64,000 nucleotides of DNA from Hyphomicrobium sp. (GTDB lineage: Bacteria; Pseudomonadota; Alphaproteobacteria; Rhizobiales; Hyphomicrobiaceae): NCBI GenBank assembly GCA_022844105.1, contig JALHMJ010000011.1, positions 35,737 to 99,736 of the forward strand, read 5' to 3'. Below, piece by piece: positions 20,554-30,103 of the stretch. Both the position numbers and the translations under genes were made by a program. Positions within the stretch are counted from its first letter, which is position 1, and each line of letters opens with the position of its first letter. The notes under the pieces were generated by a model, which was given only the letters and a program-made list of their open reading frames with translations, did not search any database and was not told the origin of the DNA.

Positions 20554-20646
20554 AGTCGTCTCCGATTTCCCCGTAGTCTCTTGTTGCATCCAGTCCTCGG
20601 GAAGATTTGCTGCCGCAAGGTTCCGTCACGAACCCGCACCGGCAGC

Positions 20647-21258
20647 CTAGCTTCTGTTATCCTTGCCCGTACCGGCGTCGACCTGCCCCTCAACCTTCGC
20701 TCCCTCGACGGGATAGAACGTATAGGACAGCGTGATTTCCTTGATCCGCGAAGATTCTGGGTCCGTCACCAGCGCCGAATCGACAAAAAACGATACCGGC
20801 ATCTCAATGCTCTGCCCCGGCTCCAGCGTCTGCTCCTTGAAGCAGAAACATTCAATCTTGCTGAAGTAGAGTCCCGCGGCGTCCGGCGACACGTTGAACG
20901 TCGCGGTGCCCGTGATCTTGCGGTCTGTGGTGTTCGTGGCGCGATAGAATACGAGCATGTTCTCGCCGATGTGCGCGTCGACAGTGCGCTGGACCGGCTC
21001 GAACGCCCAGCCGAGCTTGGGCGAAACGTTGGCGTCAAAACGCACCCTCACGATGCGATCGAGAACGGTATCGGATGGTTTGATCGCCCGTTGCGTCGTG
21101 CCGCCGAACCCGGTCACTTGGCAGAACATCTGGTACAGCGGCACCGCCGCGTATGCCATGCCCGCCATCCCCACCGCGCCGGCAACGCACAGGAGCGCCA
21201 CCTTCGTGTCGTTTGATAAGGGCGCGCGAGGCGCCGGCATCTGAAGGTCTGCGGTCAC
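20647..21258 (-). CDS. ctaG: Cytochrome c oxidase assembly protein CtaG/Cox11
   Basis: AAVPLYQMFCQVTGFGGT, KIECFCFKEQTL, TLSYTFY. Confidence 0.92.
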   Translation of the reverse strand: MTADLQMPAPRAPLSNDTKVALLCVAGAVGMAGMAYAAVPLYQMFCQVTGFGGTTQRAIKPSDTVLDRIVRVRFDANVSPKLGWAFEPVQRTVDAHIGENMLVFYRATNTTDRKITGTATFNVSPDAAGLYFSKIECFCFKEQTLEPGQSIEMPVSFFVDSALVTDPESSRIKEITLSYTFYPVEGAKVEGQVDAGTGKDNRS

Positions 21259-21273
21259 TCTGCTCCGACTTTC

Positions 21274-21468
21274 TCAGATAGCCCGGTTGGCGACATTGGC
21301 GCCCAGATGAACAATCGTTGCCGCATAGAACATAATCACGAGGAACCCAAGCCCGAGCGCGATCGCAATCGAACGGATCCGCCGTCGCTTGGCTTCCGCG
21401 GCCGCCGCGGCCGCATCGATTTCGGCAACCGTGTTCGACATATCATTCATGACATCAGAACCTTTCAC
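21274..21468 (-). CDS. Small single-pass membrane protein between ctaB and ctaG
   Basis: TM helix [20 protein letters not shown]. Abuts the ctaB stop. A small ORF at this position is recalled from rhizobial coxBAEFGC-type clusters. Confidence 0.5.
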   Translation of the reverse strand: MKGSDVMNDMSNTVAEIDAAAAAAEAKRRRIRSIAIALGLGFLVIMFYAATIVHLGANVANRAI

Positions 21469-22397
21469 GCCAAAAGGCGGTTCATCGCACCCTCGACGAC
21501 GAGGATGGCGAACAGAGCGTAAAGATACAAGATCGAGAACCAGAACAGCTGCTTGCAGGCCTTATCGGCTTCGCGCCCTTCCGTTATGCGCCAGACGTTG
21601 AACGCAAACCACAGAAAGATCGCGCCGAGCCCAACGGAGGCGATGCCGTACGTCAGTCCACCGAGCCCGATGAAGGCCGGCAGGATTGCGAGCGGCACGA
21701 GCACGATGGAATAGAGCAAGATCTGCTTACGGGTCTCCGCTGGCCCCGCCACGACCGGCAGCATCGGCACGCCGACCCGCTCGTAGTCGCGCGAGCGCAG
21801 CAGCGCCAGCGCCCAGAAGTGGGGCGGCGTCCACATGAAGATGATGAGAAACAGCAGAATGCTTTCCAGGCTCACCGTTCCGGTCACGGCCGCCCAACCG
21901 ATCATTGGGGGAAAAGCACCGGCCGCGCCACCGACGACAATGTTGTGCGGCGTCAGCCGCTTCAGCCACATCGTATAGATGAAAAGGTAATAGGCGATTG
22001 TCAGGGCGAGCAGCGCACCGGCCACCCAATTGACGAGCACACCGAGCGTCAAGACCGACATGACCGACAGCACGCCGCCGAACTGCAGCGCTTCGTCCGG
22101 CGTCACGCGGCCGCGCGGAATGGGCCTCGCGGCAGTGCGGGCCATGTTTTCGTCGATGTCGGCATCATACCACATGTTGAGCGCACCGGACGCGCCCGCG
22201 CCGACCGAAATTGCGATCATGGCGATCAGTCCGATCACAGGATGGATCGCACCGGGAGCAAGCAACATCCCCGCCAACGCTGTCAGGATGACAAGCGTCA
22301 TCACGCGCGGCTTCATCAGCGTCACGAAATCACCGACGCCCGGTTCGAGAACCTTGAGCGATTGCCCAACACCGGCGTCGGATGCGGCCGTCGTCAT
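21465..22397 (-). CDS. ctaB: Heme o synthase (protoheme IX farnesyltransferase)
   Basis: UbiA-family polytopic protein. [21 protein letters not shown] and PPHFWALAL motifs. Confidence 0.92.
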   Translation of the reverse strand: MTTAASDAGVGQSLKVLEPGVGDFVTLMKPRVMTLVILTALAGMLLAPGAIHPVIGLIAMIAISVGAGASGALNMWYDADIDENMARTAARPIPRGRVTPDEALQFGGVLSVMSVLTLGVLVNWVAGALLALTIAYYLFIYTMWLKRLTPHNIVVGGAAGAFPPMIGWAAVTGTVSLESILLFLIIFMWTPPHFWALALLRSRDYERVGVPMLPVVAGPAETRKQILLYSIVLVPLAILPAFIGLGGLTYGIASVGLGAIFLWFAFNVWRITEGREADKACKQLFWFSILYLYALFAILVVEGAMNRLLA

Positions 22398-22580
22398 ATC
22401 GTGAACTTCCCTTGCGCGAAACCGGCGGCCTTTGCGGCTCTCCCGGTTGAAAACCCATCCCTGGGCATTTCCTCGACTTCAGTACCGCCCGCGCCGTGTC
22501 CGTTTTTTGCCGGATCGATTTCGCAGCGCGAACGGGAAAGGTCTCGGGCGGCTGCAACCACCCGAGATCCAAGCTTTGCG

Positions 22581-24200
22581 TTAGTGACGCTCGGACGTTG
22601 CCGCAATGCGCGGCAGCGTTTCGTACGAATGGAAGTTGGGCGGCGAGGGCAGCGTCCATTCGAGGGTGGTGGCGCCTTCACCCCACGGGTTGCCGGCGGC
22701 CTTCTCCTTACGGGCGAAGGCGACAGCAAGACCGATGAAGAAGAACACCGTGCCGACCGCCGTGAGGTAGGACCCATACGACGAGATCTGGTTCCAGAAA
22801 GCGTAGGCGTCCGGGTAATCGGCGTAACGGCGCGGCATGCCGGCGGCACCCAGGAAGTGCTGCGGGAAGAACAGAATGTTGGCGCCGAGGAACGTGGTCC
22901 AGAAATGCAGCTTGCCCCAGAACTCGGAGTACATATAGCCGGTCATTTTCGGGAACCAGTAGTACCAGCCCGCAAAGATCGAGAACACCGCGCCGAGCGA
23001 CAGCACGTAGTGGAAGTGCGCCACGACATAGTAGGTATCATGCAGCGCGCGATCGACGCCGGCGTTCGACAGCATCACTCCGGTCACGCCACCGACGGTG
23101 AACAGGAAGATAAAGCCAAGCGCCCAGATCATCGGCAGGCGGAATTGGATCGAACCGCCCCACATGGTTGCGATCCACGAGAAGATCTTCACACCCGTCG
23201 GCACCGCGATCACCATGGTGGCGAAGACGAAGTAGGCCTGCGTGTTCACCTTCATGCCGGCTGCATACATGTGGTGTGCCCACACGATGAACCCGACGAG
23301 CCCGATGGCGACCATGGCATAGGCCATGCCGAGATAACCGAATACCGGCTTGCGCGAGAACGTCGCCACGATGTGGCTGACAATGCCGAAGCCGGGCAGG
23401 ATGAGGATGTAGACTTCCGGGTGGCCGAAGAACCAGAACAGATGCTGGTACAGCACTGGATCGCCGCCGCCGGCCGGATTGAAGAACGTGGTGCCGAAGT
23501 TGCGATCCGTCAAAAGCATCGTAATCGCACCGGCAAGAACCGGCAGCGACAAGAGCAGCAGGAACGCGGTGATCAGCACGGACCAGACGAACAGCGGCAT
23601 TTTGTGCAGCGTCATGCCCGGTGCGCGCATATTGAAGATCGTGGTGATGAAATTGATCGCGCCCAGGATCGACGACGCGCCCGCGATGTGCAGCGCCAGG
23701 ATTGCAAAGTCCATCGCCGGACCAGGATGCCCAGACGTCGACAGCGGCGCATACATCGTCCAGCCCGCGCCGACGCCATTCATGCCCGTCGGACCTTCGA
23801 CGAACATGGAGATGACGAGCAACGTCAGCGCCATCGGCAGCAGCCAGAAGGAAATATTGTTCATGCGCGGGAAGGCCATGTCCGGTGCGCCGATCATCAG
23901 CGGCACGAACCAGTTGCCGAACCCGCCCATGGTTGCAGGCATCACCATGAAAAACACCATGATGAGGCCGTGACCGGTAACGAACACGTTGTAGACATGC
24001 GCGTTGCCGAAGTACTGCAAGCCCGGCTCGGCGAGTTCGAGGCGAATACCGATCGAGAGCGCGCCGCCGATGATGCCGGAGATCATGGCGAAGATAAAAT
24101 ACATCGTGCCGATGTCTTTATGGTTCGTCGAGAACAGCCAACGGCTGATGCCGGTCGGTGCGTGGTCATGATGATCGGCATGTGCCGCAGTGCTACCCAT
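22581..24200 (-). CDS. ctaD: Cytochrome c oxidase subunit I
   Basis: [47 protein letters not shown]. Confidence 0.97.
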   Translation of the reverse strand: MGSTAAHADHHDHAPTGISRWLFSTNHKDIGTMYFIFAMISGIIGGALSIGIRLELAEPGLQYFGNAHVYNVFVTGHGLIMVFFMVMPATMGGFGNWFVPLMIGAPDMAFPRMNNISFWLLPMALTLLVISMFVEGPTGMNGVGAGWTMYAPLSTSGHPGPAMDFAILALHIAGASSILGAINFITTIFNMRAPGMTLHKMPLFVWSVLITAFLLLLSLPVLAGAITMLLTDRNFGTTFFNPAGGGDPVLYQHLFWFFGHPEVYILILPGFGIVSHIVATFSRKPVFGYLGMAYAMVAIGLVGFIVWAHHMYAAGMKVNTQAYFVFATMVIAVPTGVKIFSWIATMWGGSIQFRLPMIWALGFIFLFTVGGVTGVMLSNAGVDRALHDTYYVVAHFHYVLSLGAVFSIFAGWYYWFPKMTGYMYSEFWGKLHFWTTFLGANILFFPQHFLGAAGMPRRYADYPDAYAFWNQISSYGSYLTAVGTVFFFIGLAVAFARKEKAAGNPWGEGATTLEWTLPSPPNFHSYETLPRIAATSERH

Positions 24201-24284
24201 GGTCTTCGACCTTCTCGTCTCGGGTTGTCGTCATTCGGTGCGCGTTGGTCACCAAAGCCGATTGGCTGTGGTGGAAAGAGCTGG

Positions 24285-25211
24285 TCAGCGCGTCACTCCG
24301 GCTTCAGCCACCGACTTGATGCCCGCCTGCTCCATAGCCACGCGATCGTTAATTTCCTTGGCCTTCTTGCGGTCGCCGGCCTTCATGGCCGTGGTCCACT
24401 GATCGTAGGTGTCCTGCTTCACGACCCGCACCGCGATCGGCATGAAAGCGTGATTCATGCCGCATAGTTCCGAACATTGCCCGTAGTAGATGCCCTCACG
24501 CTCGGCACGAAACCACGTCGCTGTCAGACGCCCCGGCACGGCATCGATCTTCGAACCGAAGGACTGGATGGTCCAGTTGTGGATCACGTCGTTGGACGTG
24601 ACCAGCATGTGCACGACCTTGTTCACGGGCACGAGTATTTCATTGTCGACAGCCAGCAGGCGCGGCGTCGGAATGCCGGATTTCACTTTTTCAGCCACTT
24701 CTTCGTCCGTCAGCATGTTCGAAGTGACGGTGAACGTTTTGTCTTCGGCCGTGGCGCCGGGATACTCATGCTCCCAGAACCATGCGTTGCCGATGGCTTT
24801 GATCGTCACATCGGGCTTGGGATACGAATACTGCAGCATCAGCAGTTTGAACGACGGAATTGCAATCGCAACCAGGATGAGGATCGGCAGGACCGTCCAC
24901 GCCACTTCCAGAAGCGTGTTGTGAGTTGTCTTCGATGGAACGGGATGTTTCGATTCGCGGAAGCGCCACATGACGTAAAGCATGAGGCCCAGAACGAAGA
25001 GCGTGATGGCAATGATGATGATGTTTACGAAGTCATAAAACCAGCTGATGTCGCGCGCCACCTCTGTGACGGCGCCCTGAAGGCCAGTTTGCATCGGGAC
25101 CGACTGGCCAAAGCTCTCAGCCAGCGCCGGATCAAGGCCGAAGCCGATCGCGCTGGCGAACATCACAGCCGCGGCTGCAACAGCTCCCGGTGTCCATCGA
25201 CGTGTCATCAT
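24285..25211 (-). CDS. ctaC: Cytochrome c oxidase subunit II
   Basis: CuA site GQCSELCGMNHAFMP and VIHNWTIQSFG. Signal peptide plus two TM helices. Confidence 0.95.
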   Translation of the reverse strand: MMTRRWTPGAVAAAAVMFASAIGFGLDPALAESFGQSVPMQTGLQGAVTEVARDISWFYDFVNIIIIAITLFVLGLMLYVMWRFRESKHPVPSKTTHNTLLEVAWTVLPILILVAIAIPSFKLLMLQYSYPKPDVTIKAIGNAWFWEHEYPGATAEDKTFTVTSNMLTDEEVAEKVKSGIPTPRLLAVDNEILVPVNKVVHMLVTSNDVIHNWTIQSFGSKIDAVPGRLTATWFRAEREGIYYGQCSELCGMNHAFMPIAVRVVKQDTYDQWTTAMKAGDRKKAKEINDRVAMEQAGIKSVAEAGVTR

Positions 25212-25730
25212 TCCAATCGCTCCCCAGATCCTCCCGGATCAAGCCGGGTATCGCTTTCGAGAAGGGGAGGTGCCAACGCCTCAAGGATCGACCTCGAGAT
25301 CGGTTTTCGGGCGCAGCCGTGACATCGCGAAGCGGCAAAATCAGCCGCGCGTGTGACCCGTTGCAGCCCTTGGCGTCCAGGCAATCGGCGCATATGGAAA
25401 GCCGACCATCGTATGTCCAGATGCCTCTCAGCCAATTGCGACGATCTTCCCCTTCGTCGCGCACAGATCAACCGCCAACCCGTAACTAAGTCAAGTTTTT
25501 TGCGGCAAATATTCGCATGAAGTCATCCATTCCCGGCAAGTCATCGTCCGTCTGCGGCCGAGTTCAATTTGCATGTTCCAATCTGTTGAAATCGTCTCGT
25601 TTCGGCCTCTTTCGTGGGAGAACGACAACACCGCAGCGTGCTAGGACCGCCTCCCGGGTGACCGCACGACGCCGCGGCGGGGGTCACAACTGTGCGCCCT
25701 TGTCGCGTCTTCTGCACAGCCAATCCTGAG

Positions 25731-26312
25731 ATGAAAAAACCCATGCCCGTCCAAGTGCACCGCCGTGTTGCAACGCAGCAAGCTTGCGCTGTGCTTCTTC
25801 GATGGGGATTTGCAGCTGCATGCGCCCTGCTCATTGCATCTGGCGTGGCCGAGGCGCAGGAAAATAAGGCCCCTGAACTCGCCGATGGCACCGTCAAAGC
25901 CCAACACGGCGATTGGCAAGTCGTCTGCAAACCGCCGCCCGCCGGCGCAAAGAACGAAATCTGCGCGCTTGTGCAAAGCGTCACAGCCGAGGATCGCCCC
26001 AACGTCGGCCTGACGGTCTATTTCCAGAAATTTTCGCAAGGCATTCGCGTCTTGCGCGTTTTCGCACCTGTCGGGGTGCTGCTACCGCCCGGCATCGGCC
26101 TCAAGATCGACAACGTCGACGTCGGCCACGCGCCATTCCTGCGCTGTCATACCTTCGCCTGCTACGCGCAAGTAACGCTTGACGACAAGCTGATCAGCCA
26201 GTTCACCAATGGCAAGACGGCCATTTTCATCATCTTCCAGACGGAAGAGGCGGGCATCGGCATCCCGTTGTCACTCAATGGTTTCGGTCAGGCGCTGGCT
26301 GCCCTGCCCTGA
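25731..26312 (+). CDS. Invasion-associated locus B (IalB) family protein
   Basis: Signal peptide ending VAEAQ. GDWQVVC...EICALVQ and CHTFACYAQ Cys pattern. Start taken at MKKPMP (25731). Confidence 0.7.
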   Translation: MKKPMPVQVHRRVATQQACAVLLRWGFAAACALLIASGVAEAQENKAPELADGTVKAQHGDWQVVCKPPPAGAKNEICALVQSVTAEDRPNVGLTVYFQKFSQGIRVLRVFAPVGVLLPPGIGLKIDNVDVGHAPFLRCHTFACYAQVTLDDKLISQFTNGKTAIFIIFQTEEAGIGIPLSLNGFGQALAALP

Positions 26313-26348
26313 GCGGGATGCGACCCGTCGCAGCGGCCTTGCTTGCCC

Positions 26349-26840
26349 TCAGTCGCTGCGGCGACGGCTGGCCGGAACGCGAATGAGTTCGCTGGATCGC
26401 TTGTCAGCCGGCTTTGGCGGCGCGCAACTCGAAGCGCCGGGCTTTGGAAACGCGATGCCGGCGACATTCGACATTGGACTGGCGGCTTGCGGCAAGTGGG
26501 CGAACAGCTCGGCCCATGCGTTCGCGATACGCGACGTGGTGTCCTGATATTGTGACGAGGCCGTCTGCCAGAAGCGCATCTGTTCCTGGACCACATCGCT
26601 CTGCGTCCGGCACCGCGCCAGTCTTTGCGGAATTCCCAAATACGCCTGCGCCCTGCGGCTCGCCAGCGTGATGAGTTCCATCTGCTGCACGGTCAGCACT
26701 TTCATCGGACCGAAGCCGGCCGATAAGGTCTCCAAAATCTGTTTGGGATCGAAGGCGTTGGCATCGAAAGCTTTGGCCGCCATCTTTGGCTCGCTCAGCC
26801 AATCGTGCATATGCGGATTGTTCGGGGAGGGCTTGTCCAT
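26349..26840 (-). CDS. Hypothetical protein, possibly phasin-family-like
   Basis: Good coding frame. The helical region LITLASRRAQAYLGIPQRLARCRTQSDVVQEQMRFWQTA resembles phasin-type proteins from memory only. Confidence 0.35.
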   Translation of the reverse strand: MDKPSPNNPHMHDWLSEPKMAAKAFDANAFDPKQILETLSAGFGPMKVLTVQQMELITLASRRAQAYLGIPQRLARCRTQSDVVQEQMRFWQTASSQYQDTTSRIANAWAELFAHLPQAASPMSNVAGIAFPKPGASSCAPPKPADKRSSELIRVPASRRRSD

Positions 26841-27120
26841 GACACGCGATACTCTCGTCTACACGACCTCTACGAAGTGTCTAAGTGGCAACGGTATAGG
26901 CGATCTTTCCATACGTTTGGCAACAATCTCAATCCACTTCGCGATTTTCAATCACGCTCCGTGACGCCAACCGAGCCACATCCGCTCTCACACGACCGCA
27001 ACAACCTTAAATTGTGACGAGGTGAATTAAGCAACCATATGATGTAATTACCAAAATTTGGTTAAAGTGATTTGACGACGTAACTGTGGCCGCCGAAGTT
27101 AGATGTGTTCATTTATGTAA

Positions 27121-28002
27121 TTGCCGTTGAGTTTGCGTATGCGGGAATTCCTGCAAAGGCCGGTCTGGGCCAAGTTCAGAACCGCATTCCTTGCGGTTTT
27201 GGCTCTCGCGGCTGCTCTGGCAAACACCGCCCCGGCCGTCGCCGATGACCAGCACCCCTCGTGGCGCGAAATCTGGAAGTGGCGCGAAGTCTGGTCGGGC
27301 GTCGACGTCGCTGAAGACAACTGGCTCGCCTACACCGGCGTAACCATTGCCCCCTTCAACCACATCCACGAGGAAGGCCTGCGGCTACGCTTCACTGGCG
27401 GCTACGGTCAGTATGCCTACACCGGCAATCGAACGACGAGCGCAGCAAGCATCGTGCAATCGTTCAACGCCTCAACCTATTATGGGGATGCGCTGATCGG
27501 CTATCTCGATCGCTTCGGCCCACTCACCGCCAAAGCATTCGCGGGCATCGCCTACAGCGCTCACGACATCACACCGTTCGATCCCGATAATCTCGTCATC
27601 GGCGATGACGTCGGCTTGAAAGGCGTCCTCGAACTCTGGCTCGACATCGGCGACATCGGTTTTGCCTCGCTCGATTTGTCGTGGTCGCAAGCCCACGAAA
27701 CCCGCGCGGCCCGTTCGCGCCTTGGAGCCCGTTTTGCACCATCGCTGTCGGCGGGTCTCGAAGCCTGGCTCAACCTTGATGCGCAAAGCGATTGCGATCT
27801 CGGCTGGGACAACAGCGCCGCCTGCTATTCGGATGCAGAAACCAGCTTGATTGACTACACCCGCGCCGGCCTCTTCCTTCGCCACGAGTGGGACGGCGGC
27901 GAAATCTCTGCCTCTGCCGGAATTTCCGGCGGCAGTTTCATGTCGTCCGGTGATGCCAACCCAGAGCCTTTTGGCACCGTCAATTGGATGACGCAGTACT
28001 GA
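27121..28002 (+). CDS. Putative outer-membrane beta-barrel protein (BcsS-like)
   Basis: Signal peptide AAALANTAPAVA. EVWSGVDVAEDNWLAYTGVTIAP...GLRLRFTGGYGQYAYTG. Alternating beta pattern, C-terminal aromatic (MTQY). Start may be ATG 27139. Confidence 0.5.
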   Translation: MPLSLRMREFLQRPVWAKFRTAFLAVLALAAALANTAPAVADDQHPSWREIWKWREVWSGVDVAEDNWLAYTGVTIAPFNHIHEEGLRLRFTGGYGQYAYTGNRTTSAASIVQSFNASTYYGDALIGYLDRFGPLTAKAFAGIAYSAHDITPFDPDNLVIGDDVGLKGVLELWLDIGDIGFASLDLSWSQAHETRAARSRLGARFAPSLSAGLEAWLNLDAQSDCDLGWDNSAACYSDAETSLIDYTRAGLFLRHEWDGGEISASAGISGGSFMSSGDANPEPFGTVNWMTQY

Positions 28003-28082
28003 GCCGGCGCCAGCATCGCCGCATTCCTTCAGCACCTCGTCCGGCGTACCTCCCTCGAGTTGCACTAACATCGTCATAAAAA

Positions 28083-28145
28083 GAACAATTGTTCGGCTTG
28101 ACGTGTTTACCGTGGCGAGCGATTGATCTAAAAATAACGATCGTT
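28083..28145. promoter_or_regulatory. Candidate TetR operator palindromes upstream of the tetR-MFP-RND operon
   Basis: Perfect 12-bp palindrome GAACAATTGTTC (28083-28094) and 10-bp palindrome AACGATCGTT (28136-28145), 80-140 bp upstream of the TetR start. Confidence 0.3.
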
Positions 28146-28223
28146 CGTTTTGCCCTACAATCCAAGGACGACTAGAGTTGCCGTCCGGACAAGTCTGAAA
28201 CCCAAATCTACCTTTGAAGTATC

Positions 28224-28871
28224 ATGCCGAGATTGAAACCCGATACCCAGCGCGCCCGCCGCGAACACATCCTCGACGCCGCTGAGCATTGCTTTGCCCG
28301 CGCAGGATTTCACGCATCAAGCATGCAGGACATCTGCCGCGAGGCCCACGTTTCTCCCGGCGCGCTCTATGTTTACTTTGCATCCAAGGAAGCACTCATC
28401 GCAGGCCTTGTCGAACGCGACCGGCAGAATTTTCAATCGCGCTTCGCTCAACTCGCCGAAGCGTCCGATTTTTTCGCCGCACTCGAAGCGATCGGCAATG
28501 CCTACTTCGTCGAGGACGAATCGTATCGCCGCCGCATGTGCATCGAGATCGGCTTGGAATCGACACGCAACGAACAGGTCGGCGAGATGCACCGCTCCGT
28601 CGATTCATTCGTGCGCACAAGTTTTGAAACGCTGTTCCAGCGCATGATCGATGAGGGCCGCATCCGTCCGTCACACGACGCTCAGGCACTCGCACGGATC
28701 TTCATGGTCATCGGTGATGGCCTGTTTTGGCGCAGCGCCATCGACGCAGGGTTTGATATGGCCAAAACCATTCCCGATGTCGTGGAAGTCATCCGCCAAC
28801 TTTTGAACCCCGTGTCCGAAGCTGCAGCACGCCGCTTGGCAGCGCCGGGCATCGAGGAGGCCGCAGAGTGA
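28224..28871 (+). CDS. TetR/AcrR family transcriptional regulator
   Basis: N-terminal HTH ILDAAEHCFARAGFHASSMQDICREAHVSPGALYVYFASKEALI. Confidence 0.9.
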   Translation: MPRLKPDTQRARREHILDAAEHCFARAGFHASSMQDICREAHVSPGALYVYFASKEALIAGLVERDRQNFQSRFAQLAEASDFFAALEAIGNAYFVEDESYRRRMCIEIGLESTRNEQVGEMHRSVDSFVRTSFETLFQRMIDEGRIRPSHDAQALARIFMVIGDGLFWRSAIDAGFDMAKTIPDVVEVIRQLLNPVSEAAARRLAAPGIEEAAE

Positions 28872-30103
28872 CCCGATCGCAATTCATCAAATACGGCTTG
28901 GCCGCCGCTGCCGCCACCGCGTTGTGGGCGACAGGCGCCTATAAGCCGATCATCGACATTCTTGCTCACCGCTCTGCCCAAAAGCAAGAAGTGGCAGCAG
29001 TGGCGCCGCCCTCTGTTACGGTCGCGCGCGTCAAGCCTTCCGATTTCATCGAAACCGTTCTCGTGTCTGGCTCGCTCGTCGCCCGCGAAGACGTGCTTGT
29101 TGCGCCTGAAGTCGAAGGACTGCGCATCCTCGAACTTCGCGCTGATCAAGGCGACTGGGTCAAGAAGGGCGACATGCTCGCCGTGCTCGAAACCGAGACC
29201 CTTGACAGCCAACTCGCCCAGAATGCAGCTAATCTTGCACGCGCCTCCGCTGCAATCGCACAGGCGAACAGCCAGATCACCGAGGTTCAAGCCCGTCTCA
29301 CCGAAGCCAAGGCGCAGCTTGAGCGCGCCAAGCCGCTGTCCGAACAAGGCTACCTCTCGCAGAGCACGCTCGATGCTCGCACCGCCGCGCAGCGTTCGCT
29401 GTCTGCGCTGCTGATTTCCGCGCAAAGCGGTTTGACAGCCGCCGAAGCCGAGAAGACGCAACTTGAAGCCGCCCGCCACGAACTGAAATGGCGCCTATCT
29501 CGCTCAGAAGTTCGCGCGCCCGTGGATGGCGTGATTAGCCGTCGCTCCGCAAAGACCGGCGGCATCGCAACAGCCGTCGGCGTGGCGGCCGGCGACCCGA
29601 TGTTCCTCATTATCCAGAACGGCGAGATCGAACTCGATGCCGACGTCGGCGAAACCGATGTTCGCAAACTGAAGGCCGGACAGAAGGTCACCATCACCGT
29701 GGCCGACGGTATCTCGACGACGGGCACGGTGCGCCTCGTCTCGCCAGAAGTCGATAACACCACACGCCTTGGCCGCGTCAGAATTTTTATCGGCGCCGAT
29801 AACCGTCTGCGCGTCGGCACATTCGCCAGCGGCCGCATCGAAACCGCGCGCGAAACCGGCCTCGCCGTGCCGGTGTCCTCCGTCAGCACGTCCAACAACA
29901 TTTCGACCGCGTTGGTGCTTGATGGCGATACGGTCCGTGAGCGCAAGATTGAATTGGGCTTGAGTGCCGGCGGCCTCGTACAGGTGCGCAACGGCCTCGT
30001 CGACGGCGATCGGGTCATTGCGCGCGCCGGGACCTTCCTGAAAGACGGCGACGTTGTCCGCGCCGTCGAAATCGAACCCCGTGCCGTGAGCGACGCCCGA
30101 TGA
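28868..30103 (+). CDS. Efflux RND transporter periplasmic adaptor subunit (MFP/HlyD family)
   Basis: Lipoyl/coiled-coil/beta-barrel pattern (VAPEVEGLRILEL...GDMLAVLE...VRAPVDGVISRR). 4-nt overlaps with the flanking genes. Confidence 0.9.
   Translation: MTRSQFIKYGLAAAAATALWATGAYKPIIDILAHRSAQKQEVAAVAPPSVTVARVKPSDFIETVLVSGSLVAREDVLVAPEVEGLRILELRADQGDWVKKGDMLAVLETETLDSQLAQNAANLARASAAIAQANSQITEVQARLTEAKAQLERAKPLSEQGYLSQSTLDARTAAQRSLSALLISAQSGLTAAEAEKTQLEAARHELKWRLSRSEVRAPVDGVISRRSAKTGGIATAVGVAAGDPMFLIIQNGEIELDADVGETDVRKLKAGQKVTITVADGISTTGTVRLVSPEVDNTTRLGRVRIFIGADNRLRVGTFASGRIETARETGLAVPVSSVSTSNNISTALVLDGDTVRERKIELGLSAGGLVQVRNGLVDGDRVIARAGTFLKDGDVVRAVEIEPRAVSDAR

Noticed and set aside
21819-24467. 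882-aa plus-strand ORF
   Set aside because: It lies antisense to ctaB and ctaD, which carry unmistakable motifs. Its product is Arg/His/Asp-rich and low-complexity. This is the typical shadow ORF of high-GC DNA.
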